A DNA stretch of 64,000 bases, taken from assembly GCA_051532035.1 (NCBI GenBank), contig JAOPTW010000045.1, positions 7,624 through 71,623 of the forward strand, read 5' to 3'. This stretch comes from Fibrobacterales bacterium. GTDB lineage: Bacteria > Fibrobacterota > Fibrobacteria > Fibrobacterales > JAOPTW01. Numbering within the stretch: position 1 is the stretch's first letter; each line of letters starts with the position of its first letter. Shown here piece by piece: positions 56,223-64,000 of this stretch. Under the pieces are notes generated by a model. The model made no database searches. It was not told the DNA's origin and saw nothing but the letters and a program-made list of their open reading frames with translations. The position numbers and the translations under genes are program-made.

Positions 56223-57010
56223 AAGATTTGATGAATATTGCATTAGAAGCGTGTAAACGGGGACAATCAGAAATACTAAAAGTTCAAAACAACGACCTTT
56301 CTATTGAATGGAAAGAGGATGCGACTCCGGTCACTATTGCTGACCAAAATGCTGAAGAGGCAATGCGCGAATTTTTTCAAAAAGAAACCCCTGACTTTGG
56401 TATAATCGGTGAAGAATTTGCTACTGCCGATTCCGATTCTGAATATAACTGGATCATTGATCCTATAGATGGTACTAAGTCTTTTATTGCTGGAGTCCCA
56501 CTGTATGGAACCCTTTTGGGGCTGTACAAAGGCAATGATCCTGTTCTTGGTATTATCAACCTTCCAGCACTAGGGCAATGCCTCTCTGCTCAAAGTGGAA
56601 GTGGGCTTTTTCTGAATGGTTCATTAATTAAGCCTTCTGTTGAACAACTTCCATTAGAAAAATCAATTGTGCTCTCTGGTACCATTAACACTATCGAAGA
56701 GATGGGAAAAGGCCCTGCGTTTAAAAAATTACGTGATGCCGCCTGGCTTTATCGAGGCTGGGGAGACTGTTACGGGTATTTTCTGGTTGCACTCGGTCGG
56801 GCTCAGCTCATGTATGACCCTGTGGTTTCGGTGTGGGATATCGCCCCCATGGAAGTATTAATGAAAGAAGGTGGCGGTGCCTTTTCATTTTCTGATGGAA
56901 ATGTCCTGAACTTGTTCGATGATACTGGTAAATTAAGCTTCAAAAGTGATCAATTTGATAGTTTAGCAACTAATATGCTGAATCATGAGGAAATTTTAAG
57001 ATATTTTTGA
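56219..57010 (+). CDS. Inositol monophosphatase-family protein, probable histidinol-phosphatase (HisN-like)
   Basis: GEE...WIIDPIDGTKSF and WGDCYGY...VWDIAP are IMPase motifs. It has an ATGA overlap with hisC. Confidence 0.7.
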   Translation: MKDLMNIALEACKRGQSEILKVQNNDLSIEWKEDATPVTIADQNAEEAMREFFQKETPDFGIIGEEFATADSDSEYNWIIDPIDGTKSFIAGVPLYGTLLGLYKGNDPVLGIINLPALGQCLSAQSGSGLFLNGSLIKPSVEQLPLEKSIVLSGTINTIEEMGKGPAFKKLRDAAWLYRGWGDCYGYFLVALGRAQLMYDPVVSVWDIAPMEVLMKEGGGAFSFSDGNVLNLFDDTGKLSFKSDQFDSLATNMLNHEEILRYF

Positions 57011-57094
57011 TAGAATAGACCCAAAGTAGACATAACATACTCTTAGCTTTTGTGGGTTCAATAGGGAGAGAGTATGTAAAATATTTGAGGTCTT

Positions 57095-58231
57095 ATGAGC
57101 TTTGAACGATCACTAAAAGGTCCTTACGCTTGTTTTAAACTTGATGGTGATTTTACTGCAGGTCAAATTGTAAAGCTTAAAAACGCGTTAAACGACGACA
57201 TACTTGACGGCAAAAAAGATATTGCCCTCGATGTTCGTGGTGTGAGTACCGTTGATGTCACAGGAATGCGTTTTCTAGAAAATCTACGTGAAGCACTAAA
57301 TAAACAATCGCATGAGCTGGTTCTCTATGGGGCAAACCCTGACGTTGAAGAGAAGGCTGCAATTTCAAAAATAACTATCTATACATCTCAGGCCGATTTT
57401 GAGCGGGGGTTTCATGAAATGTCTGTAAAAAGTATTGATCATTATCTTGAGTTATCTGGTGGCGATGGTCAGGTTCGATCTCTTAATCTTGAGTGTCCGC
57501 TGTGTGGGTTTGAAAAAATTAAAGGGTTCATGCTCGATGAGTCGGTCCATGAATTGACGTGGGTTGACGGGGCGATTACCCCTGAGTGGCGTTTTTCTGG
57601 TAATAGTGAAAATGAGATAGACTACGACCTTTATACAGTGGCAGTCTGTTCAAACTGTTTCTTTGCGAGTCATCGTGCTGACTGGTTTAATATGAGTGTG
57701 CTTGAAGGTAAAGTTGAAAGTGTCTTAACTCAGGACCAAAAAGATCGGATTGCAAACCATAATAATCAACGTAAAGACATTGGGCTTGAAATACAGGCAA
57801 TTCGTGATCCTATGTTTTTTGCCATGCCGCGTGAACGGCAAGCGGCCTATGCCGCATGGAAACTTAATGAAATCACACTCCGTACTGAAGGCAAAGAGAA
57901 GGGGGATCTTGATGGCTTTGAAATAGCAGTGTGTAATTTTATGATGTGTAAGTTTGGTGATAAGCCAGAAGATATACCAATGCATCTTAATACTGCAATG
58001 GCTTGGCTGTTGAGTATTCTGGAACATAAAAATCGCTATTCAACGCTGCGCATTGTTAAAACCTATGTTTACTGTATCAGTGTTGAGTTGGGGATGGGGC
58101 GCATGAAGAATGCAGAAGGGTATCTTCGAGATTTTGAGGAGCATTATCAGCATGATGACGAGTGTAAGATGTGGTTGCTCAGAGCTCGTGAGTTGATTCA
58201 TGAAGAGAAAGAGAGTAAGAATCGGATGTAG
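57095..58231 (+). CDS. STAS (anti-sigma-antagonist-like) domain fused to a DUF2225-like Zn-ribbon/helical domain
   Basis: The N-terminal roughly 110 aa are STAS-like (LDVRGVSTVDVTGMRFLENL). CPLCGF...VCSNCFFAS followed by a helical region matches my recollection of DUF2225. Confidence 0.6.
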   Translation: MSFERSLKGPYACFKLDGDFTAGQIVKLKNALNDDILDGKKDIALDVRGVSTVDVTGMRFLENLREALNKQSHELVLYGANPDVEEKAAISKITIYTSQADFERGFHEMSVKSIDHYLELSGGDGQVRSLNLECPLCGFEKIKGFMLDESVHELTWVDGAITPEWRFSGNSENEIDYDLYTVAVCSNCFFASHRADWFNMSVLEGKVESVLTQDQKDRIANHNNQRKDIGLEIQAIRDPMFFAMPRERQAAYAAWKLNEITLRTEGKEKGDLDGFEIAVCNFMMCKFGDKPEDIPMHLNTAMAWLLSILEHKNRYSTLRIVKTYVYCISVELGMGRMKNAEGYLRDFEEHYQHDDECKMWLLRARELIHEEKESKNRM

Positions 58232-58244
58232 ATAACAGCTCTTA

Positions 58245-60590
58245 TTAGCGGGATAGTGGCGTACCAATAAAAGCCTCTATCCCATACCCAGACCCCGTCA
58301 AACAAATCTCCAACGCCCCCTGATACCGCGTTGCATACCAAGGAATCCCCAATCTATCAAACTGTTCTCGAATATCTCTACTCGGATGTTTAAAGCGCTT
58401 ATTGGTCCCAGCCGATATAACCGTTAGCTCCGGTTTTACTTTCCGTAAAAACCCAAGAGTAGAACTTGTATTCGACCCATGATGCGCCGCTTTAAGAATA
58501 TCAATATCAGGAAGATCATAGTGCTCTAAAAGTTGTCTTTCTACGGGAGCTTCAATATCCCCCGTAAATAGGATGGACTGCTGACCCTGCCTCATAAGCA
58601 TCACAAGAGAGTTATTATTCTCATTCTTATAGACAGTAGTAAGGGGAGCCAGTATATCAAACGTGAGCATGCCAAAGCCGGCTATGTTATCGCCTCCACT
58701 TAGAGAGAGTATCGGAACTTCTTTCTCTGTTAAATGGCTCACCGTCTTTTCCCAATTGTCATCGTGATTGTCAGAGGGCGGTGTTGTAAAGACTGCACCA
58801 ATCGTGATGGTTTCTACCAGTAGGGATAGGTTGCCGTAGTGATCTCTGTGCTTGTGCGTTATGACAATAGCATCCAGATGGTCTACTCCGTGGTGTTTTA
58901 AAAAGGGAATAAGGCGATACTGACCAATACTTTTGGAATCATACCCGGCATCGATAAGCATCGTTTTACCGTTACTACTTTCAATAAACATAGATTCACC
59001 ATTACCAACAGCGATAACAGTGATGCGTGTTTGCTGGGTAATTGTTGTGTACAGCTCTCTACCGCCCCAGAGAATAATCCCAAAAGAGAAAACCAGGAGA
59101 GAGAAAGACTGTACTCTTTGGTTTTTAAAAAAGTGCGGGAGCGAGAGAATGAGGATGGTATATATGCCATAAGCTATCCCTTGAAAAGGGGCAATGGCCA
59201 TTGGGGCTCCTACAACACTGTGGAAGAGTGCAATGGACTCTGTTGAAGCCAATGCAAAAAGGTTGGTCGAGTCTGCAATAATCGGTGAAAGTGATTGAGA
59301 GAGAGGTGAGAGTAACAGCGCTATGAGTGATGAGAGCAGAGTGAGGGAGATAAGCGGAACGGCAAAGAGGTTGCCGATAAATGAAGCTGGGGCAAAAGTG
59401 TTAAAGGTGTGAATGAGAATGGGCGCAGTTCCCGCTGTTGCAAAAAGAGTAATTGCCAAAGGGGAGTAGAGATATGGTGTGAGTCTTGACTTTGGTAACA
59501 GCGGGGTTACACGATGAGAAAAATAGAGTATGGCAAAGGTGGCGCCAGCAGAGAGTTGAAAACCAATATCGGCAATTTGCATAGGTTCGACACAGAGGAT
59601 AAGAGCAATAGCAAGACCAAGTGCATTCATGCTGTATGCACGGCGCTCAAAGAGCCAGGCAAGAGCGATGAACGTGTACATTGTTGTTGCGCGCACTACA
59701 GAAGGCGGAAGGTTAACAATTAGTGCAAAAGTCCAAAGCAAAAGGATGGTTAACACAATAACCCCTTTCTTAGGAATTCGTATCAGAGTAAAGAGTGCTT
59801 GAATGATCAGGGCAATAAGAGCGATATGGAGTCCTGATATTGCAAGAAGGTGGTAGAGGCCGGTCTCTCTAAATTGTGTAGCGCTCTCTTGAGGGAGCTC
59901 TTTTTTATTTCCCAGCACCAGTGCTTTTATGAGCGGTGCGGTGTGGCTATCAAAGAGTGTGGTTATATGCTGAGAGAGAGCGACGCGAATTCTATAAAAA
60001 TATCCTCGCACACTATGATTCGAAGAATGAACGAGGCTCTCAGCATCGGCGGTATAAATACCTTTAAATCCTTTTGTATTAAGGAACGAGGCATAATCAA
60101 ATTGGCCGGGATTGAGTACGGGAGAGGGTGTTTGTAGCGTTCCCTGAGCAAACAGCGAGTCTCCCACTATGAGGGCATGTGCTCGTGATAAACCTTGAGT
60201 GGAATCATGGATTGGTATGTTCAGTTTTATCAGACCGAGTGGTGTAGAGAGGTCAAGGGTGAGCTGGCGTGGGGTTGATACAATGTTTTTAATAGAGCCC
60301 GCAAGGGCTGTTGTTGACGGGAGGGGAGTATCTTTTTGTAGGTTAATGACACTCCATTGGAGGGAAGCAATAGTAATACCCACTGCAAGAAAGAGCTTTG
60401 ACTTTTTGGGTATTGCGAACAAGAGTGGCAGAATAAAGGCGCAAAAAAGGCCAGCGCTTAACACTACTGAGTGAAATGAAAACCCAACCGTAAGAAATGC
60501 AATCGCGAGTAATATTCCATAGTGATACTGAGTATGGCGAGCGCAATACTGGTATAATTCTTTAAGTGAGTTGAGTAGTGTTTTGAGCAT
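58245..60590 (-). CDS. comEC: DNA internalization competence protein ComEC/Rec2
   Basis: Polytopic competence domain (FRETGLYHLLAISGLHI) plus a C-terminal metallo-beta-lactamase domain (VITHKHRDHYG...AAHHGS). Confidence 0.9.
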   Translation of the reverse strand: MLKTLLNSLKELYQYCARHTQYHYGILLAIAFLTVGFSFHSVVLSAGLFCAFILPLLFAIPKKSKLFLAVGITIASLQWSVINLQKDTPLPSTTALAGSIKNIVSTPRQLTLDLSTPLGLIKLNIPIHDSTQGLSRAHALIVGDSLFAQGTLQTPSPVLNPGQFDYASFLNTKGFKGIYTADAESLVHSSNHSVRGYFYRIRVALSQHITTLFDSHTAPLIKALVLGNKKELPQESATQFRETGLYHLLAISGLHIALIALIIQALFTLIRIPKKGVIVLTILLLWTFALIVNLPPSVVRATTMYTFIALAWLFERRAYSMNALGLAIALILCVEPMQIADIGFQLSAGATFAILYFSHRVTPLLPKSRLTPYLYSPLAITLFATAGTAPILIHTFNTFAPASFIGNLFAVPLISLTLLSSLIALLLSPLSQSLSPIIADSTNLFALASTESIALFHSVVGAPMAIAPFQGIAYGIYTILILSLPHFFKNQRVQSFSLLVFSFGIILWGGRELYTTITQQTRITVIAVGNGESMFIESSNGKTMLIDAGYDSKSIGQYRLIPFLKHHGVDHLDAIVITHKHRDHYGNLSLLVETITIGAVFTTPPSDNHDDNWEKTVSHLTEKEVPILSLSGGDNIAGFGMLTFDILAPLTTVYKNENNNSLVMLMRQGQQSILFTGDIEAPVERQLLEHYDLPDIDILKAAHHGSNTSSTLGFLRKVKPELTVISAGTNKRFKHPSRDIREQFDRLGIPWYATRYQGALEICLTGSGYGIEAFIGTPLSR

Positions 60591-60619
60591 TGATTTTATT
60601 TTTGATTGGTAGATAATCC

Positions 60620-62704
60620 CTATCCATATATAGCGCGTATCTTTTCGATAGCTTCAGGGTCACCAATGATAGTTAAGCGATCTTTCTCTTTAAAGGTGAT
60701 ATTCCCCCGAGGCACTATAACTTTACCTTTACGGTTGAGAAGTGCAACAAGACTGTTTTCTGGGAAGTTAACCTTCAACAGTTTTTCATTGATGAGAATA
60801 CTGGTTTTAGAGTGTGACCGCACCGTAAGTGAAATTGAGCGTTCATCTCTCAGAAGGACTTCTTTAAGCTGTTGCTCTGTTTTGGCACGCATCCACTTTT
60901 TCTGAAAATAGTCATCATCAACATGGCCTGCTATCTGTGCAAGAATTCTCAGATGTTGCGTGGGCTGGTCCAGTGGACTGACCAAGAAGATTAGAGCAAA
61001 GACTGATTTGTTTTGTGAAGAAGTGGTATCTAAGGTAATATTGACCCCTTGTTTGGCCCTTACTAATACCATCTCAGCATGTGCAATACCTTCAGATCTA
61101 AAATGGGGAAGGGCAACACCATGAGTCACGGGAGTGGCGCCAATACGAGTACCATCCAGAAGATGTGCTGCTATTTCTTCATCAGTTTCAGGGACAAATG
61201 CTGATAATATTGGGGAAACTTGTGCAACCACTGTTTCGAACTCTTCATGACCATCTATATCAATGATGGTACTGCGGGCTATAATTTCATCAAAAGGGTC
61301 TTGAGCACGTAAGCCTTTCTCTTTCATGATACCGCGAAGCTCTTGGTCGAGGGCTTCATGGCGATTGTGGCCCAGTTTTTCAAATACATGAAAGATTGCA
61401 CCTGCCCTGTCTACATGTTCTTTAGCATAGTAGAAATACCACATGATACCAACAAATACGAGACCAATTGAGAATGTAGTAGGAAGCCATCCCATTTCGG
61501 TAATGAGCCAAATAGGAGCAATAATTCCGACGATTTGTATCCATGGATAGAATGGAGATTTATACCCGGGATCATATGAATCGAGGCCACTTTCACGCAT
61601 AACAATAACAGTAAAACAAATGAGAGCAAACATAAGGAGTTGAAATGCACTTGCAAGTTTTGCGATTTTGAGAGGGTCGAGAAAGAGAACTATTCCAACA
61701 ATAATAGCGACCGTCAAAAGCAGTGAAATTGCAGGAGTTCCTTTTGATGTGATTTTACTAAATATAGCGGGAAATATTTTATCACGACTCATGGCAAGAG
61801 GATATCGTGAGGCACTCATCGTTCCTGCATTTGCCACAGAAACAAAGGCTATTAATGCAGCAACTGCAAGAATCAATCCACCTGTTTCTCCAAATATAAT
61901 TTTTGCTGAATCAGCTACAGGGGTCATCGTTGATTTAAGCGCATCGAGTTCTAATGTTCCAATCATTACAGAGGTTCCGATGACATACACAACCAGCGCG
62001 GTACCCAGTGATAAAAAGATACCACGAGGGAGGTTCTTTTCAGGGTCTTTAACTTCTTCGGATAAACTTGCGACACTGGTTACTCCAACATAACTAATGT
62101 ACACCAATCCAGCCGTTGCAATTATCGACTCGGCACCTTCTTGGAAAAAATCATTAAAATGGTCAAGATTTATTTGCGGTGCTCCACCAAATATAAATAC
62201 ACTGAGTATTGCCACGAGCCCCAATACAAGGTACGTCTGAAAGCTTCCACTTTTTTTAGAACCAAAGTAGTTCAAAATTCCAAGTACTACTGCTAATCCA
62301 ACTCCAATGAGTTTAATGTGCTCAACAAGATCAGGATTAAACATTGCTATATAATAGCCCATACCGACCAAGGCAAAAGATACCTTTAAAATAAGAGCAA
62401 GCCAGGTACCAAGGCCTCCAATTGTCCCAAATAAAGGACCTAAACTCCTATCGAGAAAATAATAGACACCACCTGCTTTGGGCATTGCGGTACAAAGCTC
62501 TACAATACTGAACATGGCTGGAATGAGTGGTATTGTTGCAAGAATATAGGCAAGAACCATCGCTGGTCCAGCGCCTTGAGCAGCCATACCAGGTAAGAGA
62601 AAAAAGCCGGCACTTAAAGTCGTGCCCGTTCCAATAGCATAGACACTAAAAAGTCCGAGTGACTTATCGAGTTTGGCTGGCTTATTTGTGTTTTTCTCAT
62701 TCAT
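60620..62704 (-). CDS. APC-family amino-acid permease fused to PTS EIIA(type 2)-like and TrkA_C-like C-terminal domains
   Basis: About 12 TM helices. The next segment, GATPVTHGVALPHFRSEG...VLVRAKQG, is an EIIA_2-like His loop. The C-terminal LVALLNRKGKVIVPRGNITFKEKDRLTIIGDPEAIEKI is TrkA_C-like. ATG at 62704 (the track uses TTG at 62725). Confidence 0.75.
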   Translation of the reverse strand: MNEKNTNKPAKLDKSLGLFSVYAIGTGTTLSAGFFLLPGMAAQGAGPAMVLAYILATIPLIPAMFSIVELCTAMPKAGGVYYFLDRSLGPLFGTIGGLGTWLALILKVSFALVGMGYYIAMFNPDLVEHIKLIGVGLAVVLGILNYFGSKKSGSFQTYLVLGLVAILSVFIFGGAPQINLDHFNDFFQEGAESIIATAGLVYISYVGVTSVASLSEEVKDPEKNLPRGIFLSLGTALVVYVIGTSVMIGTLELDALKSTMTPVADSAKIIFGETGGLILAVAALIAFVSVANAGTMSASRYPLAMSRDKIFPAIFSKITSKGTPAISLLLTVAIIVGIVLFLDPLKIAKLASAFQLLMFALICFTVIVMRESGLDSYDPGYKSPFYPWIQIVGIIAPIWLITEMGWLPTTFSIGLVFVGIMWYFYYAKEHVDRAGAIFHVFEKLGHNRHEALDQELRGIMKEKGLRAQDPFDEIIARSTIIDIDGHEEFETVVAQVSPILSAFVPETDEEIAAHLLDGTRIGATPVTHGVALPHFRSEGIAHAEMVLVRAKQGVNITLDTTSSQNKSVFALIFLVSPLDQPTQHLRILAQIAGHVDDDYFQKKWMRAKTEQQLKEVLLRDERSISLTVRSHSKTSILINEKLLKVNFPENSLVALLNRKGKVIVPRGNITFKEKDRLTIIGDPEAIEKIRAIYG

Positions 62705-62807
62705 ATTATATATGAATTTACTCAAAAGTGGCTTGTTTGTGTAATATAATGGTTTAAATTGGTTTTTTTAACAGCTTGAAATAAAATGTTCAAAGCCGCT
62801 AAAAATA

Positions 62808-62841
62808 ACAAACAAAAAAAGCCAGGGCATTTGCCCTGGCT
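62808..62841 (-). terminator. Rho-independent terminator of fba
   Basis: AGCCAGGGC-AAAT-GCCCTGGCT on the minus strand, followed by TTTTTTTTGTTTGTT. Confidence 0.85.
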
Positions 62842-62866
62842 TAGAAATAATTCAATAATTCAGTTT

Positions 62867-63898
62867 TTACATTCTACCGAGAGATGTTCCAACGGCATTA
62901 AGGTCTGCAGCAGCATCTTCAAGACGTTTAGCCATAGAGATTTCTGCTTTTTTAAGGTATGAACGTGGATCGTATACTTTTTTGTTTCCAACTTCACCTT
63001 CAACTTTAATAACTTGATCGTAGTTTTTGAAAAACTGATCAACGATAGGGCGAGTAAAAGCGTACTGAGTATCAGTATCGATGTTCATTTTAATAGTACC
63101 AGACTGGAGCGTTGCTCTGATGTCAGAAAGCTCTGATCCAGAACCACCGTGGAAAACGAGGAAACATTTTGTGTCAGCGCCAAATTCAGCTTTAAGAGCT
63201 TTTTGGCCTTCAGCAAGAATTTCTGGACGTAATTTCACGTTACCTGGTTTGTATACACCGTGTACGTTACCAAAAGTAGCAGCAAGCATGTATGTTCCAA
63301 GAGGAGCAAGTGCTTTATGTGTTTGAACCATATCTTCTGGGCTTGTGTAAAGTTTGTCTGCAGCAACATCAGATGTATCGTGTCCATCTTCTTCACCACC
63401 TACAACACCGATTTCTACTTCGAGGATGATGCCGATTTTAGCACAACGCTCAAGAAGTTTTGCAGATGTTACGAGGTTTTCTTCAAGAGAAACAGTAGAA
63501 CCATCATACATGTGTGAGTTGAAAAGAGGAGGTTGGCCAGCAGCAACACGTTTTTCAGACTCTTCAATAAGTGGAATCATCCAAGATTGAAGTTTGTCAT
63601 CATGACAGTGGTCAGTGTGAAGAGCAATGTTTACATCGTACTCAGCAGCAAGAAAGCGTGCATAGTCAGCAAGTGCGATTGCACCTAAAACCATATCGTT
63701 GCCAGTACCTTGTCCACCACCAAAAGCAGCTCCACCAGAAGAAACCTGAATGATTCCATCACAGTTTGCATTTTTGAAAGCAAGAAGTGCTGAGTTAACA
63801 CCTTCAGAACTTACAACATTAACTGCAGGGTATGCAAAGTTTTTGTCGTATGCATTTTCGAGCATTTTTACATACCCGTTATAATCTACTACTGCCAT
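62867..63898 (-). CDS. fbaA: Fructose-bisphosphate aldolase, class II
   Basis: FAYPAVNV, IIQVS.GGA, ALHTDHC, LEVEIGVVGGEEDG and VFHGGSG motifs. Confidence 0.95.
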   Translation of the reverse strand: MAVVDYNGYVKMLENAYDKNFAYPAVNVVSSEGVNSALLAFKNANCDGIIQVSSGGAAFGGGQGTGNDMVLGAIALADYARFLAAEYDVNIALHTDHCHDDKLQSWMIPLIEESEKRVAAGQPPLFNSHMYDGSTVSLEENLVTSAKLLERCAKIGIILEVEIGVVGGEEDGHDTSDVAADKLYTSPEDMVQTHKALAPLGTYMLAATFGNVHGVYKPGNVKLRPEILAEGQKALKAEFGADTKCFLVFHGGSGSELSDIRATLQSGTIKMNIDTDTQYAFTRPIVDQFFKNYDQVIKVEGEVGNKKVYDPRSYLKKAEISMAKRLEDAAADLNAVGTSLGRM

Positions 63899-64000
63899 AT
63901 TTAATCCTTTGTAATCGTGATTTTTTATGGGCCAAAAGTTAGTAAAAATACAGGTGAATGCAACTATTATTACGGCATAGTTTTGGCGTTTTTAGCTCTT

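Overview
This 64 kb window is bacterial chromosomal DNA, moderately AT-rich by eye. It is densely coding, with about 55 credible protein genes on both strands, many of them translationally coupled. Stop codons fit the standard genetic code. I saw no rRNA, tRNA, CRISPR array, transposase, integrase or phage genes.

Housekeeping content:
- trpB-trpA
- dcd-pyrE and a divergent pyrD
- dnaG, gdhA, queC
- hisC followed by an IMPase-type histidinol phosphatase
- comEC
- class II fba
- Xaa-Pro aminopeptidase
- an aminotransferase

These genes are interleaved with many secreted or lipoprotein genes: Big_2, LruC-domain, GH5 cellulase, Ser/Thr-rich linker proteins and beta-barrel-like proteins.

Two families that I recall as defined on Fibrobacter succinogenes are present. 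One is the 'major paralogous domain' (WMAENLNY...GICPxxWHLPS). The other is the TIGR02147-like MADIYNYLDYRKYL family. Together they suggest a Fibrobacterota-like lineage; this is inference, not proof.

Features the ORF track does not explain:
- A small SRP (4.5S-type) RNA at about 13612-13716.
- An array of six short palindromic hairpins embedded in TTGCTTG-rich spacers between gdhA and the next gene (about 50452-50785). This is my best candidate for something undescribed.
- A three-hairpin, terminator-ended candidate sRNA on the minus strand between the queC operon and hisC.
- A 564-bp ORF-free spacer holding a 65-nt pure homopurine run and GC-rich alternative hairpins.
- A flavodoxin-like NAD(P)H dehydrogenase gene interrupted only by an in-frame TGA at a conserved Trp position.
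- A decayed copy of an internal LruC gene segment lying in that gene's own upstream region.

Coordinates of non-ORF features were read by eye and may be off by 1-2 nt.
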